From positions 10,992 through 74,991 of the forward strand of contig CAJWHN010000001.1 of NCBI GenBank assembly GCA_913041085.1: 64,000 bases of DNA, in the 5' to 3' direction. The notes beneath the pieces are model-generated. The model saw only the letters and a program-made list of their open reading frames with translations, did no database searches and had not been told where the DNA came from. The first letter of the stretch is position 1; every line of letters starts with the position of its first letter. Positions 30,263-40,190 of the stretch are shown here, one piece after another. Source of the stretch: an uncultured Flavobacteriales bacterium (lineage in GTDB: Bacteria > Bacteroidota > Bacteroidia > Flavobacteriales > UBA7312). The position numbers and the translations under genes are program-made.

Positions 30263-31138
30263 ATGCAGATATTAGATGGCAAACAAACTTCTTTAGATAT
30301 TCAGCAAGAGATTGCTCAAGAAGTTCAGGTTTTAGTAGATGAGGGCAAGAAGAAACCACATTTAGCAGCTATTTTGGTTGGCAACAATGGAGCTAGTGAA
30401 ACTTATGTGGGTGCTAAAGTAAAAGCCTGTGAAAGGGTTGGTTTTGATTCCACTTTATTGCGTTTTGATGAAAGCATTACAGAAGATGAATTAGTAGCAG
30501 AAGTCAATAAAATAAATAACGATACCAATATCGATGGTTTAATCGTACAACTGCCTTTACCTTCACACATCAATGAAATGACCATTACTGAAACCATATT
30601 GCCATCTAAAGATGTCGATGGTTTTCATCCTCAAAACATAGGAAAAATGGCACTAAATTTACCTACATTTCTTCCTGCTACACCTGCTGGTATAGTCGAA
30701 TTGATAAAGCGATACAATATAGATACTGAGGGTAAACATTGCGTTGTGGTAGGGCGTAGTCATATTGTTGGTTCACCAATGAGTATCCTTATGGCAAGAA
30801 ATAGCTATCCTGGTAATTGTACGGTGACTTTAACACACAGTAGAACCACCAACCTCAAAGAACTATGCCTAACGGCTGATATTCTTATTGTTGCACTAGG
30901 GCGTGCCGAATTCATTACTGCCGATATGGTAAAGGACGGAGCGTGTGTAATTGATGTTGGTATTAGTCGAGTAAAATCGGATAAAACTAAAAGTGGGTGG
31001 AAGTTAAAAGGAGATGTAAACTACGATGAGGTAGCCCCAAAATGTGATTTTATAACACCAGTACCGGGTGGAGTAGGACCAATGACTATTGCTATGCTCT
31101 TAAAAAATACACTTTACGCCGTTAAAGGATTCAATTAA
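30263..31138 (+). CDS. folD: Bifunctional methylene-THF dehydrogenase/cyclohydrolase
   Basis: [33 protein letters not shown]. Confidence 0.97.
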   Translation: MQILDGKQTSLDIQQEIAQEVQVLVDEGKKKPHLAAILVGNNGASETYVGAKVKACERVGFDSTLLRFDESITEDELVAEVNKINNDTNIDGLIVQLPLPSHINEMTITETILPSKDVDGFHPQNIGKMALNLPTFLPATPAGIVELIKRYNIDTEGKHCVVVGRSHIVGSPMSILMARNSYPGNCTVTLTHSRTTNLKELCLTADILIVALGRAEFITADMVKDGACVIDVGISRVKSDKTKSGWKLKGDVNYDEVAPKCDFITPVPGGVGPMTIAMLLKNTLYAVKGFN

Positions 31139-31770
31139 TGAATAAGACTCAAGAAAAATTAGTTGCCGAGGGGCTTATGTTACCTCTTATGGAAGCCTTT
31201 TATACTATTCAAGGAGAGGGCTATCATTCAGGGAAATCAGCTTTTTTTCTAAGAATTGGCGGTTGCGATGTAGGTTGTCATTGGTGTGATGTCAAAGAAA
31301 GTTGGAATGCCGATTTGCACCCACCTACAGAGATTCAAAAGATGATTGACCAAATTCTAGCTTATCCTGCCAAAACGGTTGTTGTGACTGGCGGAGAGCC
31401 TTTGATGTGGAATATGCAACCACTTACCGACAGTCTTCATAACAAGGGTATGAGTGTTCATATAGAAACCTCAGGAGCTTATCCATTAAGTGGCGATTTC
31501 GATTGGATATGTTTATCACCCAAGAAAAATAATCCTCCAAAAGAGGCAATAATTCCTAAAGCCAACGAGTTAAAAGTAATAATACACAATAGGAATGACT
31601 TCAAATGGGCTGAGCAATTTGCTAGTCAATGTTCTTCTGACTGTAAATTGTACTTGCAGCCAGAATGGAGCAAAGCCAAAGAAATGATGCCAGAAATAGT
31701 AGACTACGTGATGAACAACCCAAAATGGAACATATCTTTACAATCGCATAAGTACATGAATATACCCTAA
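31138..31770 (+). CDS. queE: 7-carboxy-7-deazaguanine synthase (radical SAM)
   Basis: FYTIQGEG, CDVGCHWCD, TGGEP, ETSG, SPK, LQPEW, QSHK. Confidence 0.93.
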   Translation: MNKTQEKLVAEGLMLPLMEAFYTIQGEGYHSGKSAFFLRIGGCDVGCHWCDVKESWNADLHPPTEIQKMIDQILAYPAKTVVVTGGEPLMWNMQPLTDSLHNKGMSVHIETSGAYPLSGDFDWICLSPKKNNPPKEAIIPKANELKVIIHNRNDFKWAEQFASQCSSDCKLYLQPEWSKAKEMMPEIVDYVMNNPKWNISLQSHKYMNIP

Positions 31771-31786
31771 TCTATACCTCCTTGAA

Positions 31787-33673
31787 ATGAAAAACCTCCT
31801 TATTCTTTTATTATTTACCCCTTTTGTGCTATTATCACAGAATACCCCAAAAGCCAAAAAAGCCTATGCCAAAGCTGTAGAGTTTTATCAAGAGAGTAAC
31901 GATAAAAAAGCCAAAGAATTGGTTCAGTCGGCTATACGACAAGATGCCAACTATTTACCTTCCTATTTGCTGTTGGGTCAGCTCGAGGAAGAAGGTGGTA
32001 ATATAGAATCGGCAATTGATAATTACTTAAAAGGTATTTCAGATAATAATCCCGATAATGCTTGGGGTTATTGGAAAGTAGGCATGTTATACATGCAAAT
32101 ACCAAACTATGTAGAAGCTCAACGAGCGTTCAATCATTTTTTAAGCTTTAAATATCAAAAATCAAAAAAAATAGAGTCTGCCAGAAAAGAACTCAAAAAT
32201 TGCGAATTTTCTATTGATGCTATAGCTAACCCTAAGCCTTTTGACTTTAAGAATATGGGCGATGGTATCAATAGTGAATGGGAAGAGTATTTACCTAGTG
32301 TTTCTGCCGATGGCAAGTTATTCGTTATTACTAGGAGAGGTCCACATCAAAACAATGTTGTTTCAGAAGATTTTTATCAGAGTGAATATCTAAACGGTAA
32401 GTGGACAAAAGCTCAAAATATGGGGGCATCGGTCAATACAATGGGTAATGAAGGAGCTCAGTGTTTAGCACCTAATGGAAAGCTTTTGTTTTTTACTGCT
32501 TGTGACCGTGACGATGGCTTAGGTCGTTGTGATATATATATCAGTATAAAGAGAAATGGACAATGGTCAGAAGCTAGAAATATAGGACCTACTATCAACA
32601 GTAAATATTGGGAATCACAGCCTACCATTTCACCTGATGGTAGAGAACTTTATTTTGTGAGCAACAGACCAGGAGGCTATGGCGATATGGATATATGGAA
32701 AAGTGTACTTTCTGAGCAAGGCACCTTTTCTACACCTGTCAATTTGGGGTCTACTATCAACACCCCATACGATGAAATGTCACCCTTTATACATACCGAT
32801 AACCATACCTTATATTTTGCCTCTAATGGACACCCCGGTTTAGGCGATTTTGATTTGTTTTTAAGTCGTAGAGATTATCCTGTCGCTAGTTGGCAAAACC
32901 CCATTAACTTAGGTTATCCTATCAATACACTAGGTGTAGAGAATAGTCTTATTGTAGCTTCAGACGGCAAAACAGCATACTTCGCATCTGATAAATCGGG
33001 TTACGGTCAAGAAGACATTTTCTGGTTTCATCTACCTCAAGAAATGCAATCTCAACAAGTAGCTTATCTCAATACTAAGGTTTATGATGCCGAAACCAAA
33101 ACACCTATGAAATCAAGTATTGAAATCATTGACTTAGCTACTGGCAAAGTGATGATATCGTCATTTACATATACCAAGACGGGAGAATTTTTTACTTGCT
33201 TACCAGCCAACACCAATTATGCCGTTAATGTTTCTAAAGACGGTTATTTGTTTCATTCGGAAAATTTTGTCTTAAATGAGCAAAGTGCATTACAAGCACT
33301 GAAGTTAGATATACCATTGCAACGACTCAATAAAGGAAGTAAGATTGTATTGAATAATATTTTCTTTGATACCGATGCTTACACGCTAAAAACCGAATCT
33401 GAGGTAGAACTCAATACCTTAGTTAATTTTATGAATAATAATGCGAGTCTTGAAGTAGAGATAGAAGGACACACCGATAATGTAGGTTCAGAATCGCATA
33501 ACCTTAAACTTTCAGAAAGCAGAGCCAAAGCCGTTTATGATTTTCTAGTAGAAAATGGCATAAGTGCCAACAGAATGACTTTCAAAGGCTTTGGAGCAAG
33601 TCAGCCCATTGCTACTAACGAAACAGACGAGGGTAGAGCTACCAACAGAAGAACGGCTTTTAGGGTGAAGTGA
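31787..33673 (+). CDS. OmpA-family protein with TPR, PD40/WD40 propeller and carboxypeptidase-regulatory-like domains (PorE-like architecture)
   Basis: Signal peptide LLS|Q; PD40 repeats (ESQPTISPDGRELYFVSNR); OmpA-C motifs IEGHTDNVG...LSESRA...NRR. Confidence 0.88.
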   Translation: MKNLLILLLFTPFVLLSQNTPKAKKAYAKAVEFYQESNDKKAKELVQSAIRQDANYLPSYLLLGQLEEEGGNIESAIDNYLKGISDNNPDNAWGYWKVGMLYMQIPNYVEAQRAFNHFLSFKYQKSKKIESARKELKNCEFSIDAIANPKPFDFKNMGDGINSEWEEYLPSVSADGKLFVITRRGPHQNNVVSEDFYQSEYLNGKWTKAQNMGASVNTMGNEGAQCLAPNGKLLFFTACDRDDGLGRCDIYISIKRNGQWSEARNIGPTINSKYWESQPTISPDGRELYFVSNRPGGYGDMDIWKSVLSEQGTFSTPVNLGSTINTPYDEMSPFIHTDNHTLYFASNGHPGLGDFDLFLSRRDYPVASWQNPINLGYPINTLGVENSLIVASDGKTAYFASDKSGYGQEDIFWFHLPQEMQSQQVAYLNTKVYDAETKTPMKSSIEIIDLATGKVMISSFTYTKTGEFFTCLPANTNYAVNVSKDGYLFHSENFVLNEQSALQALKLDIPLQRLNKGSKIVLNNIFFDTDAYTLKTESEVELNTLVNFMNNNASLEVEIEGHTDNVGSESHNLKLSESRAKAVYDFLVENGISANRMTFKGFGASQPIATNETDEGRATNRRTAFRVK

Positions 33674-33723
33674 TTTTGATTGTATTGCTTAGTATTTTTT
33701 TAATCCTATCAAATTTGCAAAAA

Positions 33724-34515
33724 TTAAAGGGCTTTTTTCAGTCGCACTAATTTTTGCAATAAGTCTTCTAATTGGTCAAGGGGTAGCATATTCGCACCAT
33801 CAGATTTAGCCTCTTGCGGATTAGGGTGAGTTTCTATAAAAATACCATCTACACCACTAGCAATTGCTGCTTTGGCTATGGTTTCTATAAGTTGAGGTTG
33901 ACCTCCTGTAATACCACTACTTTGGTTGGGCTGTTGTAGTGAATGTGTAACGTCCATAACAACTGGGGCATATTCTTGCATAACAGGTATGCCTTTAAAA
34001 TCCACTACCAATTCGTGATAACCAAACTGACTGCCTCTTTCTGTAATTAGCACACAATTGTTGTCGCTATCTTTTACCTTTTGTACGGCAAATTGCATAG
34101 CTTGGGGTGACAAGAATTGACCTTTCTTGATATTAACGGTTTTGCCCGTTTTGGCAGCAGCTACTATCAAATCGGTTTGGCGGCACAAGAAGGCTGGAAT
34201 TTGTAAAATATCCACATGTTTGGCAGCTAATTTTGCCTCCTCTGTAGAATGTATATCTGTAGTTATGGGAATATCTAGCTCTTTTCTTATTTTCTTCAGA
34301 ACAGCAAGAGCTTTTTCATCACCAATACCTGTGAAAGAGTCTAAACGTGAACGATTAGCTTTTCGATAAGAACCTTTAAAAACAAAAGGAATCTCTAATT
34401 TTTCACAGATTGCTTTGATGTTTCGAGCAATATCAAAAGCCATTTCTTCGCTTTCAATAGCACAAGGTCCAGCAATCAGAAAAAAGGAATCTTTAAATTT
34501 TAATTTACTTATCAC
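33724..34515 (-). CDS. kdsA: 3-deoxy-8-phosphooctulonate (KDO8P) synthase
   Basis: GTG start; AGPCAIE, KANRS, QIPAFLCRQTD, KKGQFL, ERG, DVTHSLQ, ETHPNP. Confidence 0.96.
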   Translation of the reverse strand: MISKLKFKDSFFLIAGPCAIESEEMAFDIARNIKAICEKLEIPFVFKGSYRKANRSRLDSFTGIGDEKALAVLKKIRKELDIPITTDIHSTEEAKLAAKHVDILQIPAFLCRQTDLIVAAAKTGKTVNIKKGQFLSPQAMQFAVQKVKDSDNNCVLITERGSQFGYHELVVDFKGIPVMQEYAPVVMDVTHSLQQPNQSSGITGGQPQLIETIAKAAIASGVDGIFIETHPNPQEAKSDGANMLPLDQLEDLLQKLVRLKKAL

Positions 34516-34524
34516 GATATCGTT

Positions 34525-35694
34525 TTATTTACTGCTCGAAAATACTCTTTTTATACCAATACCTATATGAAGACCATAGCTTACAGATGGAATACCAGCA
34601 TTAAACTGTTTGGTGTAAATGTGGAAATGGGTTTTTTCTCCACCATAAAGGTAGCTGAATTGAAAACCATTATGCTCAACACCTCCAATATGATAGCCTA
34701 ATGCCAAACGATGGTTTTTCATTTTTTTATGAACTTCTAAAGTCAGTTTTGGAACATCATAAAGGTTCATTCGGTGTTCAATGGATAGGGAGTAGCCTTG
34801 AATTATTGAATTGTATAAAGCCTGATTTATACATAGTCTAAAGATAGTAGGAAGTTGCCAAGTATAGCTTTCCTTTATATTACTTTGTAAATCCGATTGT
34901 AGGCTATCTATTTCATTTCTGATGATGCTATCGCTAAAGCTGATAAAGTCATTAACATTGATTCCTTCAAATTCATACTGACTTTCAATATGCATATTAC
35001 TAGTCTTATCGTTCCATCTAATAAATCCTAAATCACTTATTGACAATTCTATTTCTCCATTATTAATACTGTCTTTATAGCTCATCCCAAAAACTGCGCC
35101 ATAACCCTTGTTCCCAAAAGGTTTTTGTAATAAATCTGTTGTGTCTGTGAAGTGAGCTTCATAATCCACTTGATAATTAATGAAAGCAGCTTGAGGGTGG
35201 GTGTAAAAACGAGCTTCATTGACAGTAGCATCTAGAAAATGATGTCCCAAAAGTAGCCCTACACTCGTTTGTATTTTTTTACTCCATTGATATGAAAAGT
35301 CTAGTTGTGAGTAGTTAAAAGCAGTAATATCTAATGGATCTAGTTTAAGGTTTTCACCCTTGAATGGAGTGTTTCCCAACAGGCTCAATTCGACTAATGA
35401 TTTTGAGTAGGTGGCGTATGCTCCTGTATGGTTAGATAAACTCAGTCCCCAACCTTTTTTATTTTGATAAAGAATAGCGTTATTACTTTCAAAGGCAATA
35501 TTATTTTCTGCTTTTAAAGCGTCTATGATATTGCTCTTTTCAACCTCATCTAAAAAGCCATAGGACTGTGACAGTAATTGGGCGTTTATGCTACTGTTAA
35601 ACAAACCAATATCTGTATTAAACTCTAATGAGCTTTCTTGCGAATAGGCCGATAAAGTAAGAGCCACTAAGAAAATCGAAAAATACTTTGGCAT
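34525..35694 (-). CDS. Predicted outer-membrane beta-barrel, DUF5723-like (minus strand)
   Basis: CAT at 35692-35694; signal peptide AYS|Q; amphipathic strands; GYGAVFGMSY...SISDLGFIRW motif recalled as typical of DUF5723; TAATG overlap with the upstream lipoprotein gene. Confidence 0.7.
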   Translation of the reverse strand: MPKYFSIFLVALTLSAYSQESSLEFNTDIGLFNSSINAQLLSQSYGFLDEVEKSNIIDALKAENNIAFESNNAILYQNKKGWGLSLSNHTGAYATYSKSLVELSLLGNTPFKGENLKLDPLDITAFNYSQLDFSYQWSKKIQTSVGLLLGHHFLDATVNEARFYTHPQAAFINYQVDYEAHFTDTTDLLQKPFGNKGYGAVFGMSYKDSINNGEIELSISDLGFIRWNDKTSNMHIESQYEFEGINVNDFISFSDSIIRNEIDSLQSDLQSNIKESYTWQLPTIFRLCINQALYNSIIQGYSLSIEHRMNLYDVPKLTLEVHKKMKNHRLALGYHIGGVEHNGFQFSYLYGGEKTHFHIYTKQFNAGIPSVSYGLHIGIGIKRVFSSSK

Positions 35695-37730
35695 TATTCT
35701 ACGTTATGATTGAAGTTAGTAACGAGTTTTAAATCCATCGCATAGTTACTGTATATAGTGACGAATTGGTTTGATGGCTGTGTATTGAGAGTGACTTCAA
35801 AAGCTATCTTTTTACATAGTGATAAACTTTCGCTGATATTGTTGAAAGCGAAGGTCAATTCACTAGAGGTGCTAGAAATAGTTTTGCCATTAGTATCGAC
35901 TTCACTAGCTTGAACGATTTGTTCAGAAAGAAGACTTTCTAATACCATATTATTTTGGTCTAGCAAATACATTTTTATTTCAGCATCGATAGGGTAGCTG
36001 TTTTGTGCTAGTAGAGTAAAGGAAGCCTGTTCAATATTGTCTATTGAAAAAGAAACATCTACCGTATCTTTTAAGCTAATGTTTGAGCCAGAAAAGGATA
36101 AGGGTATTTCAATTTGCAGCTCTGATTTTACACCGTAGTTTTTGAATAAAAAACCATCATCTTGATTGTCATCAGGATTGAGTAATAGCTCAAAATCGAC
36201 AGCTAGGGTATGGGGTTTATTTTCTATGAGTTCGTCTATGTTAGAATTTACTTCATCAAATACTACCGTACTAGTGTTAGGAGTTACTTCTTGGTTAGAG
36301 TTGGGGTTTTCTGTAGCTGAACCAATAGAGATAGGAGAGGATAGCACATCGCTATTCAATACAATTTCATTTTGTTCACTTGTACTTTTGAAAGTATTAA
36401 TACGCACATCTGCCTTAGCACCAATGGAGTTTTCAGTCAATAGTTTCACTTCGATATGTTCTAAATCAAACTGTCCGCTGAAATCTGAAAAATCGCCAAA
36501 ATCTAATTCTTGACTTTCATTGATGGTATCTTTACCCATATACCCCCAAGCTTTTTCAGGAATTATTTCCTTAATGGTAATAGTATTAAATACGCTATCT
36601 TCTAGTGAAATGTGAGTGACAACGCCTGATGAGTCAATCCAACCCCTAGATTCGGTGTATATGGTATTAATGGTATCCCCCAATTTACCTGTCATATCTA
36701 TTTCGTATCCAGAAAAGTCGAAAAGTTTGGTCTCAGTAATTGAGCCGCCTTCAGGAGCTGGGGGTAGTTCAAAATAAAATTCAAAAGGCTGACCATTTAA
36801 AGTAGTTCCGGGTATTTTATATTCAATCTTTAGGGTGTCTTGTATGGTGCTTACGCCTATAACTTCTACACCACCTTCTGCCACCAACACTCTTTTTAGT
36901 TTAACGTCTCCAATATCAAAGGCTACGACAGTATCTTCATCAAAAATTTCTTGACTAGGAAAAACAGCAATTCCCTCTTGGAGTTCGATATCACGTATTA
37001 CGATTTTAGCTGTTAGAGCATCGCTATAATCAATAGTTACAGGGTTGGGTGCTGTTCCCACAATATCGGCACTAATTATCTCAGCCTCTAGATTGCCGAA
37101 TAAAGTCTGACCAGCTAAAGATTCTGTGGTTGTCTCACTTTCTCCACTAGGCAGTACGGGAATATTCATCGTAATAATGTTGTTAGTTTCTCCCTCATTA
37201 CGAAGTTCTATAACGACATTACTCAAATCGGTAGGCAGTCCATTTTCAATAGTCAAATCTAGGTATCCATCGGTGAAGGTCATTTCTTCAAAATAGTCGT
37301 TAGCATCAATAGGAAAGGTCTCATTGAGCAAGTCTGAATAGGCAGGGATAACTGCTGTGCCACCATCAGGAAATAAAATCGTGCCAAAATCTATTGAGGA
37401 GATTAAGTTTCCCATAGTTATGGAATGAGTGACCGTTGTATTTGAAAAATTGATGGTCTCCAGCTTAACATTTTTAGTCGTGCTGATGGGTCTTAAATGA
37501 ATCAGACTATCGAAATTATAGTTGATAATTTCTTTTTGATAAATAAATTTTAAGCTATTATCACTTAGTGTATCAAATTGTATGATACTATCCTTAACAA
37601 TATCCGTAAGATTTAAAGTAGTATAAGCTATAGGTGTACTAATGTCAGTATCCCAAGTGGGTTTTTCAAAATCGTGGCGACATGAAAATAGGATACATAG
37701 AAGTAAAAGGTATGGGAGAGTGTATTTCAT
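35694..37730 (-). CDS. Large beta-rich lipoprotein (hypothetical); start revised to ATG 37730
   Basis: MKYTLPYLLLLCILFSC lipobox; PTWDTD...P motif; TAAATTTG promoter box 8 nt upstream of the revised ATG. Confidence 0.75.
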   Translation of the reverse strand: MKYTLPYLLLLCILFSCRHDFEKPTWDTDISTPIAYTTLNLTDIVKDSIIQFDTLSDNSLKFIYQKEIINYNFDSLIHLRPISTTKNVKLETINFSNTTVTHSITMGNLISSIDFGTILFPDGGTAVIPAYSDLLNETFPIDANDYFEEMTFTDGYLDLTIENGLPTDLSNVVIELRNEGETNNIITMNIPVLPSGESETTTESLAGQTLFGNLEAEIISADIVGTAPNPVTIDYSDALTAKIVIRDIELQEGIAVFPSQEIFDEDTVVAFDIGDVKLKRVLVAEGGVEVIGVSTIQDTLKIEYKIPGTTLNGQPFEFYFELPPAPEGGSITETKLFDFSGYEIDMTGKLGDTINTIYTESRGWIDSSGVVTHISLEDSVFNTITIKEIIPEKAWGYMGKDTINESQELDFGDFSDFSGQFDLEHIEVKLLTENSIGAKADVRINTFKSTSEQNEIVLNSDVLSSPISIGSATENPNSNQEVTPNTSTVVFDEVNSNIDELIENKPHTLAVDFELLLNPDDNQDDGFLFKNYGVKSELQIEIPLSFSGSNISLKDTVDVSFSIDNIEQASFTLLAQNSYPIDAEIKMYLLDQNNMVLESLLSEQIVQASEVDTNGKTISSTSSELTFAFNNISESLSLCKKIAFEVTLNTQPSNQFVTIYSNYAMDLKLVTNFNHNVE

Positions 37731-37738
37731 TCTAATGG

Positions 37739-37746
37739 CAAATTTA
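37739..37746 (-). promoter_or_regulatory. -7 promoter box (TAAATTTG) for the lipoprotein-barrel-kdsA unit
   Basis: caaattta on the plus strand matches TAnnTTTG on the minus strand. Confidence 0.65.
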
Positions 37747-37784
37747 TACAAATCTAGTACATTTAATTTTAGTCTTTTGGATAA

Positions 37785-39062
37785 TTAATAATTGTACTTA
37801 CCATTCCAACGCTCTTTTAGGAATTTTCTTATTTGTCGTTCTCTGTCGTTATTGCCAGGTTCATAAAAAGTTTGTCCTTTGATTTCATCGGGCATATACT
37901 CTTGTTTGACAAAGTTATTCTCGTAATTGTGAGCGTAATCATATTCTTTCCCATAGTTTAAGTCTTTCATCAGTTTAGTAGGGGCATTTCTCAGTTCATG
38001 TGGAACGGATAAAGCACCTTGCTCTCGTACACTTTCTTGTGCCATATTAATAGCCATATAGGAGGCGTTGCTCTTGGTTGATGATGCTAAGTAAATGGCT
38101 GTTTGCGACAGTATAATTCTTGCTTCAGGCATTCCTATGACGTTTATGGACTGAAAACAATTGTTAGCCATAACTAAAGCTGTGGGGTTGGCATTACCGA
38201 TATCTTCTGAGGCTAAAATAATCATGCGTCTTGCTATGAATTTGATATCCTCACCACCTTCTAGCATACGAGCTAACCAATAAACTGCTGCATTGGGGTC
38301 ACTTCCTCGTATGGACTTGATAAAGGCCGAAATAATATCGTAATGTTGTTCGCCCGTTTTGTCGTAGAGTGCCACATTTTCTTGAGCCGATGCCATGACC
38401 AAATCGTTTGTAATACTAATGTTCTTGGTGTTTTGGGTATTGATAACTAGCTCAAAAACATTAAGTAATTTTCTACCATCGCCACCTGATAGTCGGAGTA
38501 GGGCATCTGTTTCTTTTATGTCGATACGTTTTGTTTTCAGTATCTCATCTTTAGTAATGGCTTGTTCCAGCAATTGAATGAGGTGTGATTTATCTAAACT
38601 TTCCAGCACATACACTTGACAGCGTGATAGTAAAGCCGATATCACTTCGAAAGATGGATTTTCAGTAGTAGCACCTATTAGAGTAACGATTCCTTTTTCT
38701 ACCGCATTGAGTAGTGAGTCTTGTTGGGATTTACTGAATCGATGAATTTCATCGATAAATAGTATGGGTACATTCTTGCCAAATAAGCCCAGTGAAGCGG
38801 CTTTAGTAATGACATCTCTAACGTCTTTCACACCTGAATTGATGGCACTGAGGGTATAAAAAGGTCTATCTAGCTGATGGGCTATGATGTTGGCTAGTGT
38901 AGTTTTACCCACGCCAGGAGGTCCCCAAAATATGATAGAGGGTATGACATTATTTTTTAGTGTTTTTAGCAATACACCATTATCTCCAATAAGGTGTTCT
39001 TGTCCTATAAAATCATCTAAAGATTTGGGGCGTAATCGTTCGGCTAAAGGGGCAGACTGCAT
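37785..39062 (-). CDS. rarA: Replication-associated recombination protein A (MgsA/RarA; minus strand)
   Basis: CAT at 39060-39062; [43 protein letters not shown]-like ELRNAPT. Confidence 0.95.
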   Translation of the reverse strand: MQSAPLAERLRPKSLDDFIGQEHLIGDNGVLLKTLKNNVIPSIIFWGPPGVGKTTLANIIAHQLDRPFYTLSAINSGVKDVRDVITKAASLGLFGKNVPILFIDEIHRFSKSQQDSLLNAVEKGIVTLIGATTENPSFEVISALLSRCQVYVLESLDKSHLIQLLEQAITKDEILKTKRIDIKETDALLRLSGGDGRKLLNVFELVINTQNTKNISITNDLVMASAQENVALYDKTGEQHYDIISAFIKSIRGSDPNAAVYWLARMLEGGEDIKFIARRMIILASEDIGNANPTALVMANNCFQSINVIGMPEARIILSQTAIYLASSTKSNASYMAINMAQESVREQGALSVPHELRNAPTKLMKDLNYGKEYDYAHNYENNFVKQEYMPDEIKGQTFYEPGNNDRERQIRKFLKERWNGKYNY

Positions 39063-39066
39063 GGCT

Positions 39067-40188
39067 TTATTGAATTAGAATTTTTCCGACTTCTTCATTT
39101 GTCTTAAGTAAATAAAAGCCTTTTTTAAGATATGGTAGTTCAAAAGAAAAATTATTTTTCAATTCTTTTTCAAAAACTATCTGCCCTTGCATAGTGTATA
39201 AGACCACACTTTCTGTTGGATTAACTGTGATTGTCTCACCATTCATAATAGGATTAGGGTAGAATAGGCTAGATTGCAATTCCACATCATCAATCCCAGT
39301 AGCTTGGCAAACAGCCTCACAATCTTCAAGTGTAGCATAGTCGCCATCGGCACTACTCAGCTCAACACAACCTTCATCAACACACATATAAGTAGTAAGA
39401 GTAGTACCGAAGCCTACAAATACAACAGTATTATTGCCCGAGTTTGGTATGGCTAAAGTGTCCGTTGTTCTGTTGTAATATATATCGGCAGGGTTACTCA
39501 TGTTGGGAACAACTACCGTTGAACCGCCACTAAAGTCGCTGTTGAATTTACTAATCGCATTATTACTCCATGCCGAAACGTAAAAATCTCCGTTATTATC
39601 CATAGAAATACCATCGCAATTTCCTAGATTGGTATTAGCTACAGTGGTATAGCTAGAATCCGACATATCAATTTCATAAATGGGGGCATTATTTCCCCAG
39701 CATACTACTAACAGTCGGTCCTCTATATCGTCATAAAAAATACCGTTAGGTGTTTTAGGTAGGTTTTCGATATACATATTTAAGTTACCGCTAACTGTAT
39801 TGTAGCGATAGATATCTTTACCACTAAAATCCGTAACGAATACATCGTTGCCTTTATGGGTGATGCCATTTGCAAAAGATGCACCAAGGTTTACGTTTAC
39901 GGTTTGTTCTTCTGTAACAAGGTTATAGGCTTTTAGTCGACTACCACTACAAGCAAATAATTCTTCACCCACTACTTCTAGTCCGTGAGGGCCAGAGCCA
40001 ACACCTGAAGCGAAAATGTCCAATTCATCGTTAATGGCATCGTAAGAAAGTATTTGACCTTGACTAGAGTTAGACACTAAATAGCGTTGTCCATAACTAT
40101 CATAATCGACACTTTCAGGGCCATTATAGGATTGAGCGAAAAGACTTGAAAAGCCTAACAGTAAAGCGAAAGTGAATAGTTGTTTCAT
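39067..40188 (-). CDS. T9SS type-A cargo: SMP-30/gluconolactonase-like beta-propeller, 4-Cys module and CTD
   Basis: CAT at 40186-40188; signal peptide LFA|Q; propeller repeats GPHG, FANG, PNG, CDG, PAD; CTD FYPNP...KGFYLL...KILIQ. Confidence 0.78.
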   Translation of the reverse strand: MKQLFTFALLLGFSSLFAQSYNGPESVDYDSYGQRYLVSNSSQGQILSYDAINDELDIFASGVGSGPHGLEVVGEELFACSGSRLKAYNLVTEEQTVNVNLGASFANGITHKGNDVFVTDFSGKDIYRYNTVSGNLNMYIENLPKTPNGIFYDDIEDRLLVVCWGNNAPIYEIDMSDSSYTTVANTNLGNCDGISMDNNGDFYVSAWSNNAISKFNSDFSGGSTVVVPNMSNPADIYYNRTTDTLAIPNSGNNTVVFVGFGTTLTTYMCVDEGCVELSSADGDYATLEDCEAVCQATGIDDVELQSSLFYPNPIMNGETITVNPTESVVLYTMQGQIVFEKELKNNFSFELPYLKKGFYLLKTNEEVGKILIQ

Positions 40189-40190
40189 CC

